Assembly: GCA_963794065.1 (NCBI GenBank) | Contig: CAWCDA010000043.1 | Coordinates: forward strand, 10,576-74,575 | Direction: 5' to 3' | Origin: an uncultured Actinomycetes bacterium | GTDB lineage: Bacteria; Actinomycetota; UBA4738; HRBIN12 | Length of the DNA: 64,000 bases | Shown: in pieces, positions 19,639 to 30,750 of the stretch | How the letters are laid out: every line of letters begins with the position of its first letter | Numbering within the stretch: position 1 is the stretch's first letter | Translations under genes and position numbers: made by a program | Notes under the pieces: generated by a model | Databases searched by the model: none | The model's input: only the letters and a program-made list of their open reading frames with translations | Told to the model about the DNA's origin: nothing

Positions 19639-20763
19639 ATGGGACGAACGGTCGGGCTCCTCCGGATGTCCGAACATCCTGGTGAGCGTCGTGATTTCCT
19701 GCCGACGTTGGTCCGATCCCTCCCGGGGCTCGGCGCCGACGAGATCGTGCTCGAGCACGGCTACGGCGCCGGGCTGGGGCTCGAGCCCGATGCCTATGCG
19801 ATCGACGATCGCGTCCGGTTTGCCGATCGCGACGAGGTGTTCGCCCAAGACGTCGTGCTCGTCTTGCGCTGCCCGCCGGACGCCGATCTCGCTTCGCTGC
19901 GACCGGGAGCAACGCTCGTGTCGATGCTGCACTACGTCACGCGGCCGACCCGCAACGAGCTGCTCCGCGAGCGCGGTGTCGTGTCGGTCAGCCTCGACTC
20001 TGTTACCGACGATCGAGGGCGCCGCATGATCGAGAACCTTGAGATCACGGCGTGGGCCGGGGTCGAGGTCGGTTTCCGGGAGCTGTCGCTGCGGTGGGCG
20101 TCGTTCGACGCTCCCGGGCGCGCGCCGATCCGTGTGACCCTGCTTGGGTCGGGAGCCCTCGGCGTGCACGCCGTGCACGCGGCCACCCGCTACGGCAACC
20201 ACGATCTGCGCAACGCGCTCCAACGCGCGGGCGTCCCGGGCGTCGAGGTGGCCGTCATCGACCACGATCTGTCCTGGCACGAGGAGTACATGCTCGGCCG
20301 GCTGCATGCCTCGGACATGTTGGTCGATGCGACCCTGCGCCCCGACCCGAGCCTGCCGGTCGTTCCCAACGCCTGGTTGGGGGTCATGCCGCCGCACGCC
20401 GTGCTTCTCGACCTCGCCGCCGACCCGTACGACGCGACGACCGATCCGCCGACCGTGAAAGGCATCGAAGGCGTGCCGCACGGAACGCTCGCGCAGCACG
20501 TCTTCGAGGAGAGCGATCCCGCCTGGGAGACGGCGAGCGCCTTCGCCGACACGCGCGTTCGACGGACCGCGTTGTCGTGCAACGCGTGGCCGGGGCTGCG
20601 GCCGGCCGACAGCATGGAGCGCTACGGCGAACAGGTGGAAGGCGTGCTCGAGATCGTCCTCGGGGTGCCGGAGCCGGAGTGGGACCGTGCGAGCGCGCAC
20701 CATCAGGTGCGTGCGGTTGCGAGAGCGGAGCTGGAGCGATGGACAGCGGCACACGCGCGATGA
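19639..20763 (+). CDS. Alanine dehydrogenase/PNT-family NAD(P)-dependent oxidoreductase (CEOS/saccharopine-DH-like), paralogue 1
   Basis: The ORF is 374 aa. It has N-terminal GERRDFLP, the MLHY block and the Rossmann motif LLGSGALG. Confidence 0.6.
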   Translation: MGRTVGLLRMSEHPGERRDFLPTLVRSLPGLGADEIVLEHGYGAGLGLEPDAYAIDDRVRFADRDEVFAQDVVLVLRCPPDADLASLRPGATLVSMLHYVTRPTRNELLRERGVVSVSLDSVTDDRGRRMIENLEITAWAGVEVGFRELSLRWASFDAPGRAPIRVTLLGSGALGVHAVHAATRYGNHDLRNALQRAGVPGVEVAVIDHDLSWHEEYMLGRLHASDMLVDATLRPDPSLPVVPNAWLGVMPPHAVLLDLAADPYDATTDPPTVKGIEGVPHGTLAQHVFEESDPAWETASAFADTRVRRTALSCNAWPGLRPADSMERYGEQVEGVLEIVLGVPEPEWDRASAHHQVRAVARAELERWTAAHAR

Positions 20764-21917
20764 GTGTGGGATTCCCTCGGATGCACAAGGAGGCAGGGGA
20801 GCGACGCGACTACCTGCCGGAGCTCCTCGCCACCGTCGCGGACACCGCCCACGAGGTCGTGATCGAGCGCGGGCTGGGGTCGGGGATGGGTCTTGCGGAC
20901 GAGGATTACACGTCGCGATCGCGGCGGATCCGCGCCGGTTCGAACGCGGAAGCGTTCGCGCAAGACATCGTCGTGACGCTTCGCTGTCCCGAGACCGCCG
21001 AGTTGTCGAAGATCCGGCCCGGCGCCACGTTGGTGTCGATGCTGCACTACTCGACGCGTCCCGCGCGCATCGAGGCGCTGATCGCCGCCGGGATCGAAGG
21101 GATCTCGCTGGACGGGATCGTCGACGACATCGGCCGCCGACTGGTCGTCAATGCGCCGGCCGTGGCATGGAACGGTGTCGAGGCGGCGTTCGACCTGCTC
21201 GAGGTGACGTGGCCGCCGCTGCGCTCGGCGGCCCGGGGTCCCGTGCAAGGGCTCGTGCTCGGGATCGGCACGATCGGCCGCCACGCCGTCGAGGCGGTGT
21301 CGAATCTCGGCTCGAAGAGCCGGCGCGACGCCTCTATGGCCGCCGGATATCCCGGCGTGGTCGTGCGCGCCGTCGGGCGCAACATCACCGGCGACGAGCG
21401 TGCCATGCGGGAGCTGCTCGCGACCGCCGACGTGCTCGTGGACGCGAGCCAACGCGACAAGCCGTCGCGTCCGCTCGTGCCGAACGAGTGGCTCGAGACG
21501 CTCCCGCCCCACGCCGTGATCTGCGACCTCGTCGTCGATCCGTACCTACTGGACGCGGATCCGCCGACCGTCCGAAGCGTCGAGGGCATCCCTCGTGGCA
21601 ACCTCGACCAGTACGCCTTCGCGCCCAACGACCCGACCTGGAGTGACACGATCCCCGCGGGCATCCCGACCGAGCACCGTCGCCACGTCGTGTCGTGCTA
21701 CTCGTGGCCCGGCGTACGCCCGCAAGCGTGTATGGAGCTGTACGGCCGGGAGCTCGCCTCGTTGCTGCGGGTGCTCATCGAACGGGAGGGTGCCGCAGGC
21801 CTGCGCTCGGACGGGCCGTTGGAAGAGCGCGCCCTGCACCGCGCCTGGTTGCGGACCTGGTTGGGGACGGGCGGCGCCCCGCACCACGGGGGCCGCGGCG
21901 CGCTGCTGCCGACCTAG
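20760..21917 (+). CDS. Alanine dehydrogenase/PNT-family NAD(P)-dependent oxidoreductase, paralogue 2
   Basis: An internal ATG at 20760 overlaps the upstream stop (ATGA). The product is 385 aa, collinear with paralogue 1 and by eye about 40% identical (GERRDYLP, RPGATLVSMLHY, LGIGTIG). Confidence 0.6.
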   Translation: MSVGFPRMHKEAGERRDYLPELLATVADTAHEVVIERGLGSGMGLADEDYTSRSRRIRAGSNAEAFAQDIVVTLRCPETAELSKIRPGATLVSMLHYSTRPARIEALIAAGIEGISLDGIVDDIGRRLVVNAPAVAWNGVEAAFDLLEVTWPPLRSAARGPVQGLVLGIGTIGRHAVEAVSNLGSKSRRDASMAAGYPGVVVRAVGRNITGDERAMRELLATADVLVDASQRDKPSRPLVPNEWLETLPPHAVICDLVVDPYLLDADPPTVRSVEGIPRGNLDQYAFAPNDPTWSDTIPAGIPTEHRRHVVSCYSWPGVRPQACMELYGRELASLLRVLIEREGAAGLRSDGPLEERALHRAWLRTWLGTGGAPHHGGRGALLPT

Positions 21918-21922
21918 ACGCT

Positions 21923-24900
21923 TCAGCCGCGCAGCGTCGGACCGTAATAGCCGTCGGCGAAGCCCGCCGCGTACAACGCGCCGATCGACGGATGCTCGCG
22001 GGCGGGCGCGCCGTCGATCTGCCGCAGTTCGATCGCACGCACGCGGCCGTCCTTGGCGAGCGATGCGAGGGCGTCCGCCCACACCGACGGATCGCCACCG
22101 GAGAACGTAACGAGCGTCTTGCCGCCACGCTCCAGGAACGCCGCGGGCACCCCACCCGCCACCACGACGAACGCCCCCGCTGCCCGCGACGGCCTGCCGG
22201 CGGTGTCGGGCCAGGGGAGCGCCGCGCCGTAAGGTTGCGCCGGGTCGGCGGCCGCGAGCACCTGTACCGTGGCCGCAGACTCGCGTGTCGCACGCAGCCG
22301 ATCAACGGCCCCAGGCATGGCGAACTGCGCGGCTCCGAGCCCGGCCACGAAGTACCCGCGCCGTGCGACGCCGGATTCCTCCATCGCACGCAGCACCGGG
22401 TAGACGCCAGCGAACCCACCGGGCGTGCCCTCGGCGAGAACGGCCTCCCGGGTCACGACGCCGTATCGATCGAGGAGTCGTTCGGCACGCGAAACGGCAC
22501 GCTCGGTCGGGTTGGTCGTCGGGGATGCGAGGTCGGCCACGAGCGACCATCGACCGGCGCCCGCGGGCGGGCCGGCGTGACGGAGCGCGCCGGGACGGGG
22601 TCGGGCGGGTGTTCGCGACGCTCGCCGGCCCGAACGCGCGAAGGCGCGAAGCGGGGCCAGGGTGTCGTTCGTGACCTCGCCGGCCCACACGAGATCCCAG
22701 AGGGCGCGCAGCAACACCGTCGGATCGGCCGTCCCCGCCGCCTGCACGAGGTCGGGCCAGAACGATGCGCCGCGATCGGCGAGGAGGCCGCGGATCGCGT
22801 CGTGGAGCGCCCCGGCGGGCGGATCACCCGGCTCCGGCGCGAGCGCCGCTGCACGGTCGCGGAAGAGCAACGTGACACGCCCGTCATCGGCCCCGAGCGC
22901 CCCGGCGCCGACCCAGACGAGTTCCCCGCTCGCGGCGAGTGCGTCGAGGTCTGCCGGGCGGAACCCCAGGACGCGGGCGGGAATGACGTCCCGCTCCAGG
23001 ATCGAGGCCGGGATCGCCGCTCCTTCCAGCCGCACGAGCGCCTGGGTGAGCGCGTCCGGCCCGCCTCGCGGCCGATCGGCACCCTGCCAGGCGGGCAGGA
23101 ACCGCGCGAAGGCAGCCGCGTCGACCGGCTCGATCTCCCGCCGCAGGGCGGCGAGGGAGCGGCGACGGATCCGGCGCAAGACGTCCGCGTCGCACCATTC
23201 CCGTTCGAAACCACCCGGCCGGAACTCGCCGTGCACCACGCGGTCGGCCGCGGCGAGTGCTTCGAGCGACCGGCGCACCGCCTCTGTCGCCACCCCGAGA
23301 CGGTCGGAGGCGGCGGACACCACGAAGGGTCCGTGCGTGCGGGCGTAGCGCGCGACCAGGTCATCGAGCGGCCGATCGGAGGCCCCGGTGAAGGCGGCGG
23401 GGACATCGCCCGGCAGGGCAACGCCGAGCCCGTCGCGGAGACGCGCGGCGTCCTCGATCGCCGCGACCCGGTCGGCGCCCGCGATCCGGACACGGATCGC
23501 TCGGTGCTCCGCGACCAGGCGATCGATCGTGTCCTCGACGCCGGCCTCGGTTCGGGCGACGATCTCGGTCGGGCTCAACGGTCCGAGATCGCGCAACAGA
23601 TCGTGGACCCCGTCGATCGACCGCGCCTGACGTCCGTCCGCGAGACGCTGCAGCTCGAGCTCGACGGCGTCCAGCGCTGCCGGGTCGAGCAGCTCGCGCA
23701 GATCCTCCGAGCCGAGCAGGTCGCGGAGCAGATCTCGATCCAGCGAGAGCGCGGCCGCGCGCCGCTCCGCCAGCGGTGCGTCGCCCTCGTACATGAACAC
23801 CGCGATCCACGCGAACAGCAGCGACTGTGCGAACGGCGAGGCGCGTTCGGTGTCGACGGCGACCAACTTGGTGCGGCGCGCGGCCACCGAGGCCATCAGC
23901 TCTTGAAGCGCGGGCACGTCGAAATGATCGCGGAGGCACTCCCGCGTCGCCTCGAGCAGCATCGGGAACTCGGGGTAGCGGCCGGCGGCGGCGAGCAGGT
24001 CGGCGCTGCGCTGGCGTTGCTGCCACAACGCCGTCCGCCGACCGGGCATCCGCCGCGGCAGCAGCAACGCTCGCGCCGAGGCCTCCCGGAAGATGCTGGC
24101 GAACAGCGCCGTGCCGGGCAGCGTCGCGACGACGGCATCCTCGATCTCCTCGGGCGTGAACACGAGATCGTCCACCGGGATCGTGTCCACCGCCTCGGGG
24201 AGCCGGATCACGATGCCGTCGTCGGACCACAACACCTGTGCGCCGGGCCCGAGCCGCTCCTGCAGCCGCGCTTCGATCGCCAGGGCCCAGGGCGTGAGGA
24301 CGCGGGCCCCAAGGGGAGACAGGATGCATACCCGCCAGTCGCCGAGCTCGTCTCGGAACCGTTCGATGACGATCGTGCGGTCGTCCGGCACGGCGCTCGC
24401 CGCCGCCTGTTCGTCAATATAGTTGACCAAGTTCGAGGCGGCGCGCTCGTCCAGTCCGAGGTCCTCGCGCAGCGTGGTCAATGCGTCGCCCGCGTCCTTC
24501 GTGTTGAGCTCGCGCGTGAAGCGCCCGATCGCCAGCCCCAGCTCCACCGGCCGCCCCGGACCGGGCGCCTTCCAGAACGGAAGCTTGCCGTGCTCGCCGG
24601 GCGCGGGGCTCACGACCACCTGGTCCCGGGTGATGTCCTCGATGCGCCACGAGGACGCGCCCAGGAGGAAGACCTCTCCGCGTCGCGACTCGTACACACA
24701 TTCCTCGTCCAGCTCACCGACCCGCGAGCCGTCGGTCGTGAACACGCCGAAGAGCCCTCGGTCCGGGATCGTGCCGCCGGAGATGACGGCCAGCCGACCG
24801 GCGCCCTCGCGCGCTCGGATCGTGTCGTCGGTTCGGTCCCACACGACGCGAGGTCGGAGCTCCGCGAACGCGTCGGAGGGGTACCGTCCGGCTAGCATGT

Positions 24901-26289
24901 CCAGCACGCCGCGGAACACGTCGTCGGACAGATCCGCGAACGGCGCCGCCCGGCGGACGGTCGCGGCGAGATCCGTGAGCGACCACGTCGCCACCGCGAC
25001 CATCGCCACGATCTGTTGGGCCAGCACGTCGAGCGGGTTGCGGGGATACCTCGTTGCCTCGATGTCGGCGGCGAGCATCCGCTCGGCCACCACCGCGGTC
25101 TGCAGCAGGTCTCCGCGGTACTTCGGGATCAACTTGCCGACGCTGGGCGCCCCGACCTGATGGCCGGCTCGCCCGATCCGTTGCAGGCCGCTCGCGACCG
25201 AGGTGGGCGCCTCGACCTGCACGACGAGGTCCACCGCGCCCATGTCGATGCCCAGCTCCAGCGACGAGGTCGCCACGATCGCCGGGAGCCGGCCGCCTTT
25301 GAGGGCCGCCTCGACCTCCGTCCGCTGCTCGCGTGCGAGCGAGCCGTGGTGGGCGCGCGCGATCTCCTCCTCGGCGAGGTCGTTCAAGCTTGAGGCCAGT
25401 CGTTCGGCGCTTCGCCGGTTGTTGACGAACACGATCGTGGAGCGATGCCCGCGGATCAGGTCGAGCAGGACGGGGTGGATCGAGGGCCAGATCGAGGACT
25501 GGTCGACGCCGCCGCGGTCCTCGGTCGGGCGGCCGACCAGGCTCATGTCGTCGATCGGCACGATCACCTCGAGGTCAAGCTGCTTGCGCACGCCCGCGTC
25601 CACCACGGCGACGTCGCGGGGTGTGCCTGGTGTCTCGAACCCACCGAGGAACCGCGCGATCTCATCGAGCGGGCCGCTGGGTCGCGGACAGACCGATCCG
25701 CTGGAACGGCTCGCCGGGTCTCGGCGGCCAGGCGCTCCAGCGACAGCATGAGGTGGGCGCCGCGTTTCGTCGCCGCCATCACATGGATCTCGTCGACGAT
25801 CACCGTGGTGACGCTGCGCAGCGTCTCGCGTGCCTGCGAGGTCAGCATCAGATAGAGCGATTCCGGCGTGGTGATCAGGATGTCGGGCGGGGTGCGCAGG
25901 AGCCTGCGGCGCTCGCGGGCATCCGTGTCGCCGGTCCGCACGCCGACGGTCGGCACGTGCGGGAGAGGCGTTCCCAGGCGCTCGGCCTCCGCTTGGATGC
26001 CGGCCAAGGGAGCGCGAAGGTTCTTCTCGATGTCGACGGCGAGCGCGCGCAGCGGCGAGATGTACAGGACCCTGGTGCGCCGCTCGCGCTCGGGCGGCGG
26101 CTCCGCGGCCATCCGGTCGATCGCCCAGAGGAACGCCGCGAGGGTCTTGCCCGAACCGGTCGGCGCCAGCAGCAGCGTGTTCCGCCCGTCGGCGATCGGC
26201 GGCCAGCCCTCGCGCTGGGCGGCCGTGGGGTCCCCGAACGACGCCTCGAACCACGAGCGGGCGGCGGAGGAGAACATGGAGAGGGTCAC
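21923..26289 (-). pseudogene. lhr: Lhr-type ATP-dependent DEAD/DEAH-box helicase (long form, about 1455 aa), with two frame breaks near 25668-25710
   Basis: ORF 25564..26289 gives the motifs APTGSGKTLAAF and VIVDEIH. The next conserved motif, QRIGLSATQRP, is in a third frame. LDEIARFLGG onward is in the frame of ORF 21923..26254, which carries the rest of the helicase core and the long Lhr C-terminal domain. Confidence 0.85.
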
Positions 26290-26369
26290 GACCCTCCCAC
26301 GCTACCCGCTGTCCCCGACACGGTCAGCGGGGGTTGACGAGCCGGGCCGCCATCGGTCAGTGTCCGGCG

Positions 26370-27373
26370 ATGCGTCCCCCGCGCTTTCTCTCGACGATGC
26401 TGGTGGTGCTCCTCCTCGGTGGCATGCTCTCGGCCGTGGGAACCGCGAGCGCGACCGAGCGGCGGGGGCACGGATTCCGCTCGTGGCTCCGGGGGAGCCC
26501 TACCGACGTGCATCCGGCGACGACCGGCGGCGCCATGCTCGCCGGCGGCGCGTACGACCGGGCGACCGCCTGGCGATGGTTCCTCGAGCACGCGGGCTAC
26601 GGTGACATCGTGACGATCTGCGCCACGTGCGACGCCGTCTACAACAGCTACATCTTCAATCTCCACGACGTGGATTCGGCACAGACCCTCAAGCTCACCA
26701 AGCGCATCGCGACCTCCGATCCGTTCGTGCTCGATACCCTGGCCGGCGCCGACGGGATCTTCTTCGCGGGCGGCGATCAGTCCGACTACGTGCGCGTCTG
26801 GAAGGACTCGCCGGTCGAGGACGCGATCAACGAGGCGATCGCCCGCGGCGTCCCGGTCGGTGGCATCAGCGCGGGTCTGGCGATCCAGGGCGAGTTCCTG
26901 TTCTCGGCCGAGAAGAACACGATCACCTCGGACAAGGCCCTGCTGAACCCCTTCGACCACAAGGTCACACTGCAGCGCGACATGCTGTCCGTGCCGCATC
27001 TCGCGGCGACGATCACCGATTCGCACTTCACCGAGCGGGGCCGTCAGGGACGACTGCTGACCTTCATGGCGCGGACGATCGCCGACGGGTGGACGACGCA
27101 GGTACGCGGGATCGGCGTCGACGAGGCGACGGCCGTCCTGCTGGAGGCAGACGGCACCGCCACGGTCGTCGGGCCGGGCGCGGGCTGGTTCTTCCGGATG
27201 GGCGCGGCCGACGTCCTCGCCTGTGCCGACGGGCAGCCGCTGCGCACGCGCGCGATCGACGTGATCGCGGTGCACCGAGGCGACGTCTTCGATCTCAACA
27301 CATGGTCTGGCGGCGGCGAGCCTCACACGATCCGCGCGGCCGACGGCCGCCGTCATCTGGGACGCCTAGCTAG
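26370..27373 (+). CDS. Secreted peptidase S51 / cyanophycinase-like protein, 3' end uncertain
   Basis: The signal peptide is MRPPRFLSTMLVVLLLGGMLSAVGTASA. Motifs: IFFAGGDQSDY and GGISAGLAI. There is no in-frame stop. The frame reads through junk to 28127, while stops exist in the other two frames at 27367 and 27371. Confidence 0.6.
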
Positions 27374-27387
27374 GGTTCCGCAGGAAC

Positions 27388-27726
27388 ATGCCGCGCGCGG
27401 CCCACTGCTTCCGTGTGCCGCTCCTCGTGATCAGCCCCTGGGTCAAGGACGGGCCGTTGGAGAACGGCGGGTATGCGAGCCACCGCTTCTACTCCCACGC
27501 CTCGTTCGCCAGGTTCATCGAGTGGGCCTTCGATCTGCCCACCCTGGACGCGGCCGACGACCTCTCGAACTACCGGGCGACGGAGCCGAAACCGGGCAAC
27601 CTCACCGATCTCTTCGACTTCTCCTCACCGACCCCGCCCAAGGGGAAACTGATCCTCTCGACTCGGACGTGCTCGCCGCTCACCGCGGCACAGAAGGACT
27701 ACATCCGCACCTGGAACGACGACTGA
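27388..27726 (+). pseudogene. 3' remnant of a phosphoesterase-family (phospholipase C / acid phosphatase) gene
   Basis: Only the C-terminal ~110 aa are present (RVPLLVISPWVKDG...SHASFARFIEWAFDLPTL...LTDLFDF). The catalytic N-terminal ~350 aa expected for this family are absent. Confidence 0.55.
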
Positions 27727-27746
27727 GCCCCGTAGACTGCCGGGCC

Positions 27747-28127
27747 GTGGAACCGCAGACCGTGTACGACGCCGCCGGTGGACTGGCGTTCTTCGAGGCG
27801 CTGGTGGACCGCTTCTACGAAGGGGTGGCCGCCGATCCCGTGTTGCTGGCCTTGTACCCGGAGCCCGAGGATCTCAGCGCTGCTCGACATCGGCTCACGT
27901 TGTTCCTCGCGCAGTATTGGGGCGGTCCGTCCTCCTACAGCGAGGAGCGGGGGCATCCCCGGCTGCGGATGCGACACGCGCCGTTCGCGATCGGCCCCGA
28001 GGAGCGCGACCATTGGATCGCGCACATGACCGACGCCCTCGACGCACTCGCGCCCACGCCCGAGCTGCGCGCTCGATTCGACGAGTACTTCGCGTTCGCC
28101 GCCGAATCGATGCGGAACCGGGACTGA
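27747..28127 (+). CDS. glbO: Group II truncated haemoglobin
   Basis: The GTG-start ORF gives VYDAAGGLAFFEALVDRFYEGV...YWGGPSSYSEERGHPRLRMRHAPFAI, nearly motif-for-motif with mycobacterial GlbO as I recall it. Confidence 0.85.
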   Translation: MEPQTVYDAAGGLAFFEALVDRFYEGVAADPVLLALYPEPEDLSAARHRLTLFLAQYWGGPSSYSEERGHPRLRMRHAPFAIGPEERDHWIAHMTDALDALAPTPELRARFDEYFAFAAESMRNRD

Positions 28128-28133
28128 CGGACG

Positions 28134-29756
28134 ATGCGGGCCGACCTCGTGATCTTCAACGCCGCGGTGCACACGGTGGATGCGGACAACCCCCGTGCCG
28201 AGGCGCTCGCGATCACCGAGGGCCGCATCGTCGCGATCGGGGAGGACGCCGAGATCCGAGCGTTGGCGGGCGGCACCACGGAGGAGATCGACGCCGGCGG
28301 GGCGACCGTCCTGCCCGGGTTCGTCGACGCGCACAACCACGTGCGTCTCGGGTCCAACCCCGGGGCGGTGCAGCTCGCCGGCGCGACGAGCTTGGACGAG
28401 ATCCGAGCCCGGATCGATGCGTTCGCCGACGCGTATCCGGACGCCGAATGGATCGAGGGCGAGGGGTGGAACTACACGGCGATCCCCGGCGGCGGGCCGA
28501 CCGCGGCGATGCTCGAGGGCGCCGGGCGTGGCAAAGCCCTGTTCCTGTTCTCCTACGATGTGCACACCGTATGGCTCAACCGGGCGGCGATGGTTCGGCT
28601 GCGGATCGGCGGGGACCGGGTCCATCTGCCCTGGGGAACCGTCGAGCTTGACGCCGACGGACTCCCGACCGGCTACATCCACGACTTCGCGGTGCTCGGG
28701 ATCAGCGAGGAGGGCCAGCGAGCCCTGGAACCCCACATCCCCGGGTATGCGCCGGATGCGCAGTACGGCCGGATGGTCGCGTCGCTCGACATGGCGACCG
28801 CGTTCGGGATCACGACGATCGTCGAGCCACAGAACGGCCTGGACGACGTCGCCTTGTTCGTGCGGGCACGCGACGGAGGTACGCTCCGGTCACGGCTGAT
28901 CGCGGCGATGCTCTGTCTGCCGGGCACGACGTGCGGATCGTCTCGACGCGCTCGAGGACTGCGAAACGCACCTACGACGACGACCGGTTCCGCGTCGGGC
29001 CGATCAAGCTCTACATCGACGACGTGATCGAGCCCCACACGGCGGCGATGCTCGCGCCCTACGCGAACGCGCCCACGAGCGGAGACACATTCTGGCCGCC
29101 CGAGGAGTTCACCGCCTTCCTCCTTGAGCTCGAGCGCCGTGGGTTCCAGGCGTTCACGCACGCGACGGGCGACCGAGGCATCCGCACGGTGCTCGATGCG
29201 GTCGAGGCGTGCCGGCGAACCACTGGCCCGGCCGATCCCCGTCATCAGATCGTGCACGTCGAGTGTGTGCACCCCGACGACGTGGCGCGATTCGGGGCGC
29301 TCGGGGTGGTGGCTTGCATGCAGCCGCGTCACTGCGCCCCCGACATCGTCGCCGAATGGCGAGAGAACGTGGGCCCGGCGCGAGCGCTACGCCTGGCCGT
29401 TCCGATCGATCGCCGCCGCCGGCGGAACGCTCGCGTTCAGTTCGGACTGGAACGTGGCCGAGATGGACCCGATGGTCTGGCTCTACACGGCCATCACGCG
29501 CGCCGACCTTGAGGGCAACGGGGGTTGGAACCTGCAGGAGGCGATCGATCTCGCGACGGCGGTGCGCGCCGCGACGCTCGGCTCGGCGTACGCGAACTTC
29601 GTCGACGATCGGCGTGGATCACTCGCCCCAGGGAAGGACGCGGATGTCGCCGTGCTCTCTCGGGACCTGTTCGCCGACCCGGATCCGCAGACGATCCTCG
29701 AGACGAGGGTCACCCACACGGTGGTCGGCGGCGAGGTCGTGTACCGCGCCGACTGA
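28134..29756 (+). pseudogene. Amidohydrolase family (Amidohydro_3/YtcJ-like) metallohydrolase, with frame breaks near 28925-28970 and 29375-29395
   Basis: One fold is spread over three listed ORFs: 28134..29027 (PGFVDAHNHV), 28931..29512 (RFRVGPIKLYIDDVIE...HATGDRGIR...HQIVHVE) and 29124..29756 (YAWPFRSIAAAGGTLAFSSDWNV...GKDADVAVL). Confidence 0.8.
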
Positions 29757-29758
29757 CG

Positions 29759-30721
29759 TCAGCTGCGCGCGATATCCGGGGGGATCTCGCCCATGCGTCC
29801 GGCCTGATAGTCCTCGATCGCCTGGACGATCTCCTGACGGCTGTTCATGACGAAGGGGCCGTACCACGCGACCTGTTCGCGGATCGGGAGCCCGCCCAGC
29901 AGCAGCACGTCCATGCCGTTGCCGTGGCGCGCGTCCTGCGCCCGGTCTGCGCGGAGCTCGAGCGCCTCGCCCGATCCGAACACGGCGATCTGCCCTTCGT
30001 GGATCGGGCGCTCCTCGCGCCGACCGATGCCCGACCCGGAGACGACGTAGGCGAGCGCGTTGAAGTCCGATCGCCACGCGGTGCGCAACCTGCGCCCGGG
30101 TGCGATGGTCGCATGCCCGTAGGTGATCGGCGTGCGCGTGTCGCCGGGACCTCGCACGCTGCCGAGCTCGCCCGCGATCAATCGGACGACGGCGCCGGCG
30201 TCCTCCGAGGCCAGCAGGCCGACGTCGGTCGCCCCGAGGTCCTGATATCGCGGGTCCGCCCACTTCTGGGCGGCGGGGAGGTTCACCCACAGCTGGAACC
30301 CGTGGAACAGCCCGCCACCGTCCAGCAGATCCTCGGTCGGCATCTCGGAGTGCACCACACCCGAGCCGGCGGTCATCCACTGCGTGGCGCCGTCGGTGAT
30401 CACGCCACCGCCGCCGTAGGAATCGAGGTGCCGCATCTTGCCGTCGATCATGTAGGTCACGGTCTCGAAGCCGCGGTGCGGGTGGTCGGGCGCCCCCTTG
30501 GCCTCGCCCGGCGCGTACTCCACGGCGCCCATGTGGTCGAGCATCAGGAACGGATCCGCCCAGGCAAGATCGATCCCGGCCGTCGCCCGACGCACCTTGA
30601 ACCCCTCGCCCTCCAGAAAGGACGGCGCGTCTGCGATCTGTTGCACGGGCCGAGTCGGTGCATCTTCGGCAGGATCCAGTCGGGAGAGCGTGGTCGCGTC
30701 GGCGGGCGTGATGGCTGGCAT
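29759..30721 (-). CDS. Pirin family protein (two-cupin, long form)
   Basis: It is 320 aa from an ATG preceded by GGAGGA. Motifs: DPFLMLDH and HPHRGFETVTYMIDG. The C-terminal cupin ends YGPFVMNSRQEI. Confidence 0.85.
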   Translation of the reverse strand: MPAITPADATTLSRLDPAEDAPTRPVQQIADAPSFLEGEGFKVRRATAGIDLAWADPFLMLDHMGAVEYAPGEAKGAPDHPHRGFETVTYMIDGKMRHLDSYGGGGVITDGATQWMTAGSGVVHSEMPTEDLLDGGGLFHGFQLWVNLPAAQKWADPRYQDLGATDVGLLASEDAGAVVRLIAGELGSVRGPGDTRTPITYGHATIAPGRRLRTAWRSDFNALAYVVSGSGIGRREERPIHEGQIAVFGSGEALELRADRAQDARHGNGMDVLLLGGLPIREQVAWYGPFVMNSRQEIVQAIEDYQAGRMGEIPPDIARS

Positions 30722-30750
30722 GAGTCCTCCAACGGCGATGCGGGTCGTCG

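Noticed and set aside
21695-24895. 1066-aa plus-strand ORF antisense to lhr. Similar long antisense ORFs lie at 36922..38757, 38761..40866, 45950..48073, 57252..59189, 60610..61980 and 62702..63934.
   Set aside because: The translations are Arg/Gly/Pro/Asp-rich and show no recognisable motifs. They lie exactly opposite genes with strong family signatures. This is the expected stop-codon-poor antisense artefact of a ~70% GC genome.
26334-28127. 597-aa ORF that would fuse the S51 peptidase to truncated haemoglobin GlbO.
   Set aside because: The ~125 codons joining them are junk in this frame. The region is coding-like only in another frame (the phosphoesterase remnant). The fusion comes from a missing stop plus a chance shared frame.
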